Shown here in pieces: positions 36,901 to 49,190 of a stretch of DNA of 64,000 nucleotides (the first letter of the stretch is position 1; the number at the start of each line of letters is the position of its first letter). The notes beneath the pieces are model-generated. The model was given only the letters and a program-made list of their open reading frames with translations. It did no database searches and had not been told where the DNA came from. The stretch spans positions 97,342,001 through 97,406,000 of the forward strand of contig CM052816.1 in NCBI GenBank assembly GCA_028534125.1, written 5' to 3'. Position numbers and translations under genes: made by a program. The stretch comes from Lama glama. Lineage: Eukaryota.

Positions 36901-39896
36901 CACTAGGGGGCGGAAGACAGGCCACGCTGGCAAAGTCTGCAGGGTGTTTCCAGGAAGTAATTAGTAGCAGGTAGAAAAATAAAACAAAACTAGGGGGCAG
37001 TTAAGAAAATGAACTCCTAAGAAATTGTCTAAACATGTCATTTCTTTACCCTAAACCTCCAGTGGCTTCCCTGTGTCTACCAAATGAAAAGCAAATTCAT
37101 CTCGGTGTCATCTAACACCCAAGTCACAGCAGCCTTGGTGGAGAACTCAGGACCCCTCCCCCTGTGTTCATCCTGCTGGCTTCTCTTTGCAGCGTCGCCA
37201 CTGCTATTACTTCCTCCACCAGGTGTCCTCCTGTTCGGGAGCCCCGTCCTGCCTTCGAGGCACCATCTCCATGAAACAGTCTAAGTCCTTCAACATAATA
37301 AAATCCCTTTCTCCCTCGGAGTTTTTTTTTGGGGGGGGGGGTTGGTCGGGTGAAGAATTCTCCTTTATCTACCATGTTAGAGATGCGTACATACTGAGCC
37401 CATTCCTCTCCCAGGCCACTCCTCATTTGCTGCGTGTCTATCCGCTTGCACTCCCAGAAGGCCATCCATGCGATGGACGGGGTGCGACAGGACGGCTGCA
37501 AGCTGCAAGGCTGGAGCTCTGCTCCCCAGCAAGCGCTCGTGAATGAAGAGCTCTGCGGCCCTGGGAACACTGTACAAGCACTGGGCCTCACCCCCCTCAA
37601 CTGGAGAATGGGAGGAGAGGAAGAGGCAGCTCAAAGGGCAAAGCACACAGGACGGTGCTCACCATGCCATGCACGGCACGGAAGGACCGCTCTCTTCGCT
37701 GTCTGCACAGCAACGCCGTGGACACCGAGTGAATCTTCACAAACTCCAGGGGCAGTAGTAGCAGGGATGTGATGACAGCATCAAGGTTAAAAAGGATTCT
37801 GGCAGTGCATACAATGGGGTAAAACCAAAAACCTGAGGGAACAGGTACCAATGTGAGTGCTGTACTTTGTTTCAAAAGCCAATTACATAAGCACATTTAT
37901 CCAAGCATATTATTCATATATGATTAAAACAGTCTCTTTTTATTGACTCCGAAGGAAACAGAAGCCAACTCAAAAGAAAACTGAGTTAAATCTCAAAATC
38001 ATGGCGAGGACAGCCCAACCCAGTCCAGGGATCACAAAGCCTTCTGCTGCCTCCCCCTCTGACAAGTCTCTGGAATCCGTCCCATCTCCTCGGGTTCACT
38101 GCACACCGCTGGGCAGGTCCCCACCTGTTCTCTCTCCCCTTCATCACCTGGACCACCTGCGGCAGCCTCCCAGCTGGCATCCGCTCTGCCAAGGAAAAGA
38201 GCCACAGGTCCCCAAAAACGTATTTAATGTCTATTGTCCAATCCAACCCACACACAGGACCACATAGAGAACCCCACTTAATAGAAAACTGCCATTTACA
38301 CTGTGAATGCCCAAAGGATGCGGAAAAGAAGTAAAATGAAACAAAGCAAATCTTCAAAATATATCGAATGTAATTTCAGCAATGTGATGATTCAAAAGGC
38401 ACTTCAGAACTTTTAGGTATTTTTGGTAAGAACTGCCAGCCCTTACTATTACAGTCTTCAACTATCATTAATAAATTGTCAAATAATTTGATGTTTTTGT
38501 AACTACATTTGACAATCTGCATTTTTTTAATAATGAGGGAAAATATTTCCTGGGAGAGATAGGAAGTGTCAAATACATTAGTTATTAACTTCAGTAAGTG
38601 TGACTAAAACAGCAATATTGGGGATGCCATTTAATCAAGAAATTAAAACTTGGCAACTGACCTAGTATTATCAATCAGTAGCTGAAAAACACAATTTGGG
38701 GACTGACATGTTTGTTGCTTTCATCTGCCAGTATTTTTAAAACATTACCATTAATTAGTCTGAGAGATTTATGACTCTCTTCCAAGTGATATTCAACTGC
38801 TACTTGAAAATAATAAGGTCAAGCGCACTAAGACGCAGTGTTTGGGCTCTTAGGCTGTTGTTAATTAAAACACATTAGGCCTAATCGAATACTCGGGCAG
38901 CATCTTGTAGACAACCCTGCTGCTCCATCTATTAGTCAACTCGCTCTGCTTAAAGGAGAAACAGCGAATGGCATCAAACTGCCATCAAAACATGCACACG
39001 CTGGAGGCCAACCAAGGAGACAGACGTCTTTACTTATAGTAACCACCCACCCCTCCCCCCGCCCCTCCTCCACATTAACAGCTCAAGTCACGCACAAGAA
39101 AGCAACCTTGTCCTTCATTGCACTTCCTTCTCCGGGAGATTCGGACAACGTTCCAGATATTTAAGAACGATGGTTTCCATGAAATAGATGCTAAGGGTGA
39201 GACCTTAACAGAAACCACTTTCGTTATTAGCCACCAATGAGTGTTTCAAATGCAAATTTAGAAATAACACCGAAACACTGTTAAAACTGCCTGGACAACA
39301 TAACCAGCATTCATTACATACACAAATTCACAAAGACGAACTCCAAGATTTACCTGACAAATTCTCACTCCAAAACTGGGAGGAAATTTTTTTAATCCAA
39401 GTTTAATTTTTCCGTAAAGAGCCACACACAAAGGAATAACTCAGCTAAATCCCCAGTTCTTTTTAAAAACATGGTTTGATTAGCTTGGAAGCTACATCTA
39501 ATTCTATGAGGTGCCAAAGGCACATATGCGGAAACATAATCATAGCTTCAAGGCAGCCCATAAAATAAATAAAAGCTATGGGAAGGCAAACTATTATATG
39601 GAATTATGATGCTACTATGAGTGTAACTAAAAGCTTGGTACTGGATGTCTCACAATGCACGGCCCCAAGCACATTCAGAACGTCCTCCAAAGACAGACGG
39701 GATTAAGCAGAGCTTGCTAGTTGCCCCAGGATCAATTCTTCAATTTCTAGGAAACGGAAGAGCATCTCAATTCTTTGCTAACCGAATCAAAAAACTACAT
39801 TATCCACTTCCCTTCCAGGTCAATGTGGTCCTTCGGCCAGTGAGGGGCAGGTGGACGTGCTGTGGGGTTTCTCCCAGCATCTTTGTTTGGTTTGTC

Positions 39897-40768
39897 TTTT
39901 CCCCACCAAGTTTACGGAGGTGTGATAGACATATAAAATGGAAAGATATTTAAAGTGTACATCGTGGTGATTTGATAGGTGTATACACTACAAAAAGGAT
40001 TCCCTACATCTAATTAATACCTCCATCACCTCACATAGTTATCTTTTTTAATGAGAACATTTAAGTTTTATTCTCTTAGCAAATGTCAGTTACACAGTGT
40101 TATCAGCTACAGTTGCCATATTTTACATTAGATCCTCAGACCTTATTCATCTTATAGCTGAAAGTCTGTACCCTTTTACCAACCTCTCCTGATTTCCTCC
40201 ATCGCCCAGGCCCTGGAAACCACTTTTCTACTCTGTATGAGTCTTGACTTCTTCTTCTGACTCGATTCCATATGTAAGTGTTACCATGCAGTACCTGTCT
40301 TTCTCTGTCTGACTTATCTCACCCAGCATAGTGCCCTCAAGGCCCATCCGTGTCACAAAGGAAGGATTTCCTTCTTTTCTAAGGCTGAAAATACTCCATC
40401 CTGTGTGTGTATATAAAGAAAAACCACATCTTCTTTATCCATTTATCTACTGGCGGACACTTAGGTTGCTTTCGTATCTTGGCTATTATACCCAATGCTG
40501 CAATGAACATAGGGGTGCACATATCTTTTCAAATTAGTGTTTTTTGTTTTCTTCAAGTAAATACCCAGAAATGGAACTGCTGGACTGTATGGTAGTTCTG
40601 TTTTACTTTCTTTTTTTTCATAGTGGCTTCACCAACTTACATTCCCTCCAACAGTGCACAGGGGTTCCCTTTTGCCCACATCTTTGCCGAGACTTGGTAT
40701 CTCGTCTTTTTTATAATAGCCATTCTAATAGGTGTGAAATGTTATCTTCCTGTGGTTTTGATTTGCCT
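39897..40768 (-). mobile_element. L1MA9-like 3' end
   Basis: atttaaagtgtacatcgtggtgatttgata...tcttagcaaatgtcag...gctgcaatgaacataggggtgcacatatct...gtggttttgatttgc. Confidence 0.85.
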
Positions 40769-41359
40769 CAAGAGTTCTAATTTTGATAACGCTGAACATT
40801 TATGTTTATATTTTAGCTAAACAGGAGAACAATTTTCTAATAATTTTATGGTTTAATATACTTCATATTTTATAGTAATTACGAGCCAAGTAAATGTTAC
40901 CTGCATTCTTAATATTGCATGTAAATGGTCCTTGCTTATCAACTGTGCTAATTACAATATTCAAAGGTACAGACAGCCCTATAGATGGGATGGAATTATA
41001 CCTTCTTCTTTGCAAAGAAAAATTACCTCTTAAATTGCTATGGATAATGCATTCAAGTTATTTACCTTGCCATGTCTAGTTTTGGATTTATCTGTCATTT
41101 ACATTCCCGAATAAACACAACCATAACTGCAGATCAAATCAAGGACATATACTGATCTTCACTAGGAAGTTGCCAAAACTATTCTTAGAAAAAAATGTAG
41201 CCATTTCAAAATCACTGCTAGTAAAAAGGTCACCTGCTTGGAGGGTAATTATGTTACAAAGAATAAATCTCAAGGTCTCTCCAAAACATAAGTTAGGGGG
41301 TTGAAGTGAACAAGTGGAATGAAAAATGACGGTAAATTCTGCATTAGCATGTGCACAGC

Positions 41360-41790
41360 TAAAGAAAAGAAACATCAGCCTCCTCGAAGCCCTGACTTGC
41401 CCGGCCTCACTTGGAATAGCCCGGGCTAGGGTCAGTGAGTGCTCGCTCTGCCCCATCTGCCTGTGGGCAGGCGACGCCCGGCCCCACTGGCGCTGGGCTT
41501 GGCCATGTGACTGGCTTTGGCCAACAGACGGGAGCAGTGGCCGTAAGTGCGCTGCTCATATGGCTGGTCCCTGTGCTCTGAGGACCCGCCACAAGAAAAT
41601 GCCTCCAGCAGCCCCTGATCCTTGAAGTATGCAGATGTCCATGAGGCAGATCTGAGCCCGCCTGCAGCCTGGAGTTAGGACCACCCCTCACCAACACGTG
41701 GGCCTGCGTGAGAAACATGCTCTTTATGATTTAAGCCCCTGAGCTTGGGGAGGTGTTTTTCAGCATCTCTGTGGCCATGGCTGACCGAGA
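41360..41790 (+). mobile_element. MaLR LTR (MLT1-like)
   Basis: ttggccatgtgactggctttggccaacag...tttaagcccctgagcttggggaggtgtttttcagcatc...gctgaccg. Confidence 0.65.
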
Positions 41791-43026
41791 GATGACTCAA
41801 AGCTGACCTACCCCAGCCCCACCAGCATCCCCGTGGCCCTGTCTTCAATCAGCCTTTACGGCATGAAGACTAGTTCCTTCCATCTGAGCATTTCCTTCCA
41901 GGCTGCCTCAAAATCAATCCCATCTGACTCTTTCCCAAATGACCTAAGTGTTCTCTGCTTTGTGAACCAGCACGTCTTAGGTAAAAAGTCTTTGCCATAT
42001 TGTCCAGCCTCCCGTGATTGTCTTATGACTGTTTGATGGTGGAATCACACTCCTCGGGGAGGATCATACTTCCTGAAGGCATAGGCTTTTTCTTATATTT
42101 CTTTTAGGAAGAAAGAATTTGAGACAGAAAAAGTCTTTTAACATATGCTGGCTGGAAAATTAAAACTTGTGAACCAGGGAGCAGAAGCTCCAAGCAGACT
42201 GAATGCCACAGAATATGTGTCTTAATTTTTCTAAACATGTGGGAGAAAAAAAACAACAAGGCATCTTTAAAAATATGGATTATATGTTAGGGGAATACAT
42301 CTGATCAAACTGTTCCACATTAGCAAATTATCTGAAAACACAAGTAAACAGTTCTTCCTCATTATATAATATTACCGCACAAAACAGTTTATTACCACCA
42401 TTAACAATTTAAAGTGAAACATCAACTATCAAAACCCCTATGCTTATTATTAACAAGATTAAAGATCATATAATGTTTTGGTCCAAAGCTCATTAATCAA
42501 GGGCATACTCCTTTCTTCCTGCTCCTTTTCTCCTCTTGTTCATCACAAACACCCTGATGACGCAAGCAGCAGCAGAGCGCCCTCCAGCATCAAAGCCCAC
42601 CGTGACCATAATTACCATCCCCGCCACATCCCCGAGGACACAGTCAGCTGCATGTGAGAACCGGGGTCTTCGGGCAGCTCAGCGCTCGGAAGACTGCATT
42701 CTAGAATCACATCACAAATCCAGGGCTAACAGTGAGAATTCTGCTCTTGAAATAAAATGCATATGTTTGCTTGTTTCTACTTAGCTTGTTTTATATGCAT
42801 TTTATTAATCAAATGTTAAGGTTCATGCAACTTTTGCAAACATGGTCTTCTTGCTGGTACAGCGATAACTCAGTGACTGAACAAACTGTGTTCTCTGCTG
42901 TCAGCTGTGTCATTCTTCTCAGCTTCAGAGAAAAATCAGGATGCTTTTCATACTGAATGGACTACGGGAAGGATGGACAGAATTCCTTAGCCAAGAAGTG
43001 GTCCTTCTGCACCCTGTGCCCGGGGC

Positions 43027-43457
43027 TGTGGGTAGACTGTTCGCACCCTGTCATCCTCTCCCTGAATCTTCTCTCCTTTAGGGTTTGACTTTGCATCCCC
43101 TCCCATCAAGAGGTGGAGTCCTCCTCTCTAGTCCTTGAGGCTGCGCTGGCCTTGAGTCTTGCGTGGTCAAGAGGAAATACAGGGGGTTGCTAGGCTGATT
43201 CTGAGGTCTTGCTCTTGCCCATCTTTTAGGAACCCTGTGAATGACTCCGGAGCAGCCTGCCAGGGGAAGGATGATCATAAACAGGACAGACAAGGCACCA
43301 CAGCTGAGGACATCCCAAACCATGCAGCCCTCAGCGGACCAGCAGCAGACCACAGACACACGAGGGAGCCCAGCTAAGACCAGAACGGCGGCGCCCGCAG
43401 GGTTGTTTTAAGTGACGAAATTCTGGGACGGTTTGTCTACCAAAGCTTCCTGATATG
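43027..43457 (+). mobile_element. MaLR LTR (MLT1E/F-like)
   Basis: gactttgcatcccctcccatcaagaggtggagtc...gagcccagctaagaccagaac...ggttgttttaagtgacgaaattctggg. Confidence 0.75.
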
Positions 43458-43574
43458 TGAGATCTTCACCCCAAACTTCAAATGAAGCCTATTTCTTAAC
43501 ATCACAAAGCATCAGTGCAGAAGATGGTGAAAGTCAAGTGGGACTATTCTCTGAACAAAAATCAACATTCATTT

Positions 43575-43745
43575 TCCCACCTGGAGCAGCATGGAATCAC
43601 TTGGAGACACGTTTAAACACAGACTGCAGGGGCCACACTGAGAATCTGATTCAGCTGTTCTGGGGCGGGACCTGAGAATCTGCATTTCCAGCAAGTCCCC
43701 AGCCTTTGCTCATGTTATTGGCATGGGAACCACACCCTGGGATCT
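43575..43745. mobile_element. MER5A-like hAT MITE
   Basis: gaatcacttggag...tctgattcagctgttctggggcgggacctgagaatctgcatttccagcaagtcccca. Confidence 0.8.
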
Positions 43746-44213
43746 CTCCTTGACAGGACCAGGTAGACTGCAAATGAAAGATTTGCTTACAGAATATGCA
43801 AATTACTGGATTGAAAGATTATAAACACATCTTCAAAAATCCAATTAGACTAGGGAATCCAGTCAGATTCCAACATAAAGAGAAAAGGAATTATATTTAG
43901 CATTCAGGCACAGTAGGCAAAATTCACCTCAGGCCACCAGTACTTCATGAATTACTGCCAATGCAAGAATTTATGGCTAGATTTAAAACTAAGGGTTTTC
44001 TCTTACAGTTAGAAGAGTATGAGTCACAGTTAAAATTACAGCAGGAATAAACAGTGTTTCCATATACCATTAATATTTAAATTTTGGAAATCACAGCAAG
44101 CGGAGTATTTATTTCTTTCAGCCTGATCACAGCTAAGATTTCAGACATTATTCATGTTGCTGATGTCACCCATGGTTTGCGGAACACACACACTTTCACT
44201 CTGGATGTCTTAC

Positions 44214-44321
44214 CTCAGAACGTAAATATTGCATTCTCTGGAGCTCTGAGTTTTACTGGCAGACACTCCTGACTCTTTTTTCAGGCACATAAAACTATTT
44301 CCATCCAGTCTCCTTTAATCT
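44214..44321 (-). other. Candidate 108-bp internal exon
   Basis: Branch-point-like gctaat, acceptor ctttcaaatgcag|AGA and strong donor GAG|gtaaga, in unique sequence. Confidence 0.65.
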
Positions 44322-44707
44322 CTGCATTTGAAAGATCATTAGCGTACACTGAATTCCTAAAGGCATACAACTCTTCAAGGAAAATTCATTTTGTTCAAGT
44401 CAATAACATAATTGATAATTGAGAAAACGGATTTACTTGAACAGAAACAGTTTCGAGGTCTGTTTTCATTTCAAAGTAGTGATTAATACTCCAATTTATG
44501 GCAAGTTTAAATGTCATTACTTTATACACCATGAACATATCTGGAGAGTAAGTTCAAAGCAAATGCTGTGCTTGTGCAATGACACCGCTCTCCTCCTCAC
44601 AGAAACTGTCAGATATTCTACCTCAAGCCCTCATTTCTTCAAGATGGGAGTAGCAGACAGAATCGTCATTTATCTTAAATTTTGTTTCTACTAAAAGTTA
44701 CCTAATC

Positions 44708-45005
44708 ACTTATATAATATATATTATATAAACATGCTTTTATATATTATATTATATAATATATAATAGCATATAATTATACTACTTTATTATAAATATT
44801 ACAAATAACTTTGTTACAATTATATATTTATGCTATGTATAACATACAATATATGAAATGTTTTATAAGTTACTACATATTATATAACTTACAAAAGGTA
44901 TGTATTCATATATTTCATAAGCAATATACAATAAGAAAAATATTTCATATTGTATGTATCATCTATAATATACAACTTATAAAATGTACATACTACATAA
45001 ATTTG
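44708..45005. repeat. AT-rich low-complexity tract (degenerate TA repeats)
   Basis: tatataatatatattatataaac...tatatattatattatataatatataatagc. Confidence 0.8.
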
Positions 45006-46549
45006 TGACTATGTTTTTTAATTGAATAGGTATTTATTTCAATCCTATGTAATGAGTGACAGTATCACACCTGCTGGAGACTCTTCCCTCAACTACCCAG
45101 TGTAAGGACCTCTTTGTCAGCTGTGTTTCAAGTTTTCGTGGAACAGCGTGGGATCATGGCTCTCCCATCTCAAACAGACCCTTAGATTTGAATCTGTCTC
45201 TTACACAAGGCAGAATAAGCTTAGCCTCTCTTTGGAATATCAGAATATCAACAGTGACAACAACGTAAACGTGGCCGGAACAACCAACATGTTCCTCCGT
45301 TTTGCTCTCAAATGAATATTCAGTACCTTACAAGCAGAGCCCAGGAGAGGGGCCAGGCAGGTTAAATTTCCGGTGGTTAACAAAAAAGAATGAAACCCTA
45401 TTCCACAGGTGGGGTATACAGTGTTAAAACTTCCTTACAGAGCTGTTTGGAAGTATACTCTGGAACCCTACAAATACTCTTTCGGACCAGCAACTTCATT
45501 TTTTTGTAATCTATACTAAGAAATGACTAGAAAAAGATGGGTAAGGGCGTTCTGTCACAGCATCATGATAATGATGAGAAAATTTAGAATAACCTAAATA
45601 TCTGACAACAAGAGTTTAGGTAAACTGTGCAGGAAAGTGAAAGAATGAAGAATTTCAAATACCTGTGGAAAAGGCAAGCTATTAAACTGCTGACGGACGA
45701 CGCACCCCGAGCACAGGGCAACGCGGAGGAGGGCACCCAGGGGACCTTCCGAAACAGGCAGGCTCTGCCCTGCCAGGTGGGTTATCAGTGGATTTCATGT
45801 TCTTTGCAGCTGAACATACTTTTATGATATCATAATTTTTGCAGCAAAACGTTATTTTTCAAGGTAGCAGGACTGTGTCCCTCTTCTTCGTAAGTCTTCT
45901 GTTGGATTATGTAAGAACAGAATTGCTGCCCAGTGTCTGGAAGTGGTAAATGCAAACCTTCAGGGACAGGGCAGCAAAGCAGGACCGGAGGGGGAACTCG
46001 TACCTCGAACTTTTAAGTACCTGAAAACTGTTTTCTTTATCAGGAATTGAGAACTAAATCCTCTACATCAAGTTGGCTATTTTCAAAGTGGAAAGTCAAT
46101 TACCAATGCCTTTCAGTTTCTGTACTCGGTCATTATGTATCTCCCCAGGGGAATAAACATTTCCCAATCTTTTTTATTTACTTTTTTTCCTGCTATTTGT
46201 GTTCAGAAGCGGAGGCTAAGTGGAGCTGGCATCTGTTGGTTTAGCTTTTCAATACCACATCAATAAAGTCCCACATGTGAGAAGCTAGGACACAGGGACA
46301 CTTCCTGTGACCCCAGTGCTAAAACAGGTATCAAGTACACAGAAAACACATTTGAATGATTCCTTTTAAAAAGAAGGATGGTTTTGTTTTTCAGCCTATT
46401 TTGAGGGGGTCAACATTTTAAAGTGAAAGAGAGTTCAGCTGTTTTGGGGTAGAAAGTGTGAATTGGTAAATTTGTTTCCATGAGTTTCTGAACTTGAGAA
46501 GCTGACAATCAAGAATATAGTTTGGTGCAGTCTTAGAAAACAAAAAACA

Positions 46550-47195
46550 GACACCGTATGATCCAGCAATCCCACTCCTGGGCATATACCCAGTAGGCTT
46601 ATATATCTAATTTGAAAAGATACACGCACCCCATTGTTCATAGCAGCACTATTTACAATAGCCAAGACATGGAAGCAACCTAAATGTCCATCAACAGATG
46701 ACTGGATAAAGAAGTTGTGGTGTATTTATATAATGGAATGTGACTCAGCCATAAAAAATAATAAAATAGTGCTATTTGCAGCAACATGGATGGCCTGGAG
46801 ATGGCTATTCTAAGTGAAATAAGGCAGAAAGAGAGAGAAAAATACCACATGATATCATTCATATGTGCAGTCTAAAAAAAAGACAAAAATGAACTTATTT
46901 ACAAAGCAGAAACAGACTCACAGACATAGAGAATAGACTTATGGTTACCAGGAGGAGAAGAGGGTGAGAAGGGATAAATTGGGAGTTCGAGATTTGCTGA
47001 TACTAACTAATATATGTAAAATACATAGATGACAAGTTCATACTGCACACAGAACTATATTCAATATCTTGTAGTAACTTAACAGTGAAAAAGAATATGG
47101 AAACAAATACATACTTGTTCATGTATGACTGAAGCATTATGCTGAGCACCAGAAACTGACCCAACATTGTACACTGACTATACTTCAATAAAAAT
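46550..47195 (+). mobile_element. 5'-truncated L1 (artiodactyl/camelid-type 3' end)
   Basis: tatgatccagcaatcccactcctgggcata...atgttcatagcagcactatttacaatagccaagacatggaagcaacc...gactatacttcaataaaaa. Confidence 0.9.
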
Positions 47196-47299
47196 ACACA
47201 TACACAGAATCCAACTACTTTGTTGTCCAAAGAACACCTCTTTCGCCCCTGGCTCTCGTGGTCACAGATGTTGATGGGTCCACGTATGTGCTTACATAC

Positions 47300-48865
47300 G
47301 GCAAAACTGAGACCAAGAACATGGAGCATATCAATAAATGTAAGTGGCCCTAACCTGCTATCAAAAAATATTTTCATGCTATTAAACAATAAAAGGCAAT
47401 CTGGGGCTACAATTCTGGTGTCAAGACATGGTGGAATTCAGGGCAAAAAACATTTAAAAGCAGACAAATATAGGCACTTCATAGTGCTAAAGACAATGAA
47501 GGGCAGTCAAAATCCTAAAATATAAGTGATTCTATGAAAGATCAATAAAATTCATTTCTAAAGATGTCAAAAGGCATTTAACAAAATTCAACAGCAGTTC
47601 TTTATAAAAAACACCTGGTAAAAAGGCATTGATAGATGCTTACTTAACACTGAATGCAATTATATACAAAAAAATCTCAGCCCAAATGCCAGGATCCTAC
47701 TTAATGAGGAAACACTGGAGACATTCCTACTAAAGTGAGAAAAATGACACAGATGCCAACTGTCACCACTGCTATTAAGCATGGTAATGGACGTATCAGA
47801 CCATGCAATGAGACAAGAAAAAGCAATTAGAGGCGTAAGAATTCTAGGGGAAAAAAGACATGAAACCAACCTTCTATGTAAATAAAACTGCCTGTCTACA
47901 AATTCAGAAGTGCATTAAAGACTTTTATAAAAAAAGAATTTAGTCAAATAGTGGGATATAAATTTAACAGAGAAAAGTCAATAAACCTCCTTTATAACAC
48001 AAATAGCTAAAGAAAAAAATGAGAGACAAGACAATGGAAAAAAGTACCCCATTTAAAGAGGAAAATAATTAAATGAATGACAAAAAATGTAATACCCAGG
48101 CACAGAAATAAGGCAGGTGCCAAATCTGTATGAGAAACTTTATACATTCCTGAAAGAATACAATAGAAATACAGACACCAATAAATGGAAACTACACCAT
48201 GTTCTTGGATCACAAATTCTCCCTAGATTTAGCCATGATTTTAACGCAATTCCAAAAGACATATCAACATGTTTAGCTTTCTTTTTTTTTCCTGGGGCTG
48301 GAAAAGTTAAAGTCTATAAAATTATAAAAGATCTACCAGATATTAAAACATACTACAAACCCTCCAAAATTAAAACAGAGTGATCCTGGCACACAAACAG
48401 ACTAATGGAAGAGAAGAAAGCTGAAAAACCAGGCCCAGGGGAAGGGGAGACTTGGCCCAGGAGAACAGTGGCATCCTTTCAATGAACAGCTTCGGGCCAG
48501 CTGCGCAGCCCCTTAGAAAAAGGCAAAGCATGTCATACCTGCACCAAGATCGATGCCACACCGACCCGGAACCTAAATGTTAGAGACGGGCTCGTGAAGG
48601 GGTGTGCCACTGTAACCTAGGAGCGGTGGGGGTACTCCCTAAACGTGCCCCCAAATCTAGAAGAATAAACTAAAGGCTGACTAATTTAGCAACACAAAAA
48701 CTTGAAATAAAACTTTGGCATGCAAAGCATCGCAAGGAAACTCAAAAGATAAAGGACAAAGTGGGGGGAATATCTGCAACTTATATCAAAGGCAAATCAC
48801 TAGTAGCTCCAATGTGCAAAGAACTCCTCAAAACAGAGAATGTTCTAGTACGAAAATGGGAGAAG
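47300..48865 (+). mobile_element. Old L1 ORF2 remnants (L1ME-like)
   Basis: aaaggcatttaacaaaattcaacag (KAFDKIQ-like), gatgccaactgtcaccactgctatt ([12 protein letters not shown]), ctaccagatattaaaacatactacaaa (LPDIKTYYK). Confidence 0.75.
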
Positions 48866-48949
48866 ACACACACAGCTCCTGACAGCTGTCTGCCAGCACA
48901 CTCCTGCGTACACATATTTATGTACACAATTTATGTACACAATCATGTG

Positions 48950-49190
48950 CACAATTTAATGAGTTTGGGGACAGGCACACACCCATGAAACCACGACCAC
49001 GATCAATACACATCTTCATCACCTCCAAGAACTTCCTCCTGCACCCCTCCTGCTGTGGTGAGAACACTTCACATGAGACCGAGCCTCTCACATGTTTAGG
49101 GGCCCAGCCGCGTTGTCACCTGCAGGCACCACATCGTACAGCAGGTGTCAGCAACGTGCTCATCCCGCGTTACTGGGGAGTGACTCAGCA
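48950..49190 (-). mobile_element. L1MA/MB-like 3' end fragment, strongly GC-shifted
   Basis: catcacctccaagaacttcctcctgc...tgtggtgagaacacttcacatgagacc...gtacagcagg. Confidence 0.6.

Noticed and set aside
38400..39300. Repeat-free AT-rich block with TAAT and CATCAAA motifs as an enhancer
   Set aside because: Such short motifs are expected by chance at this AT content, and no conservation data are available.
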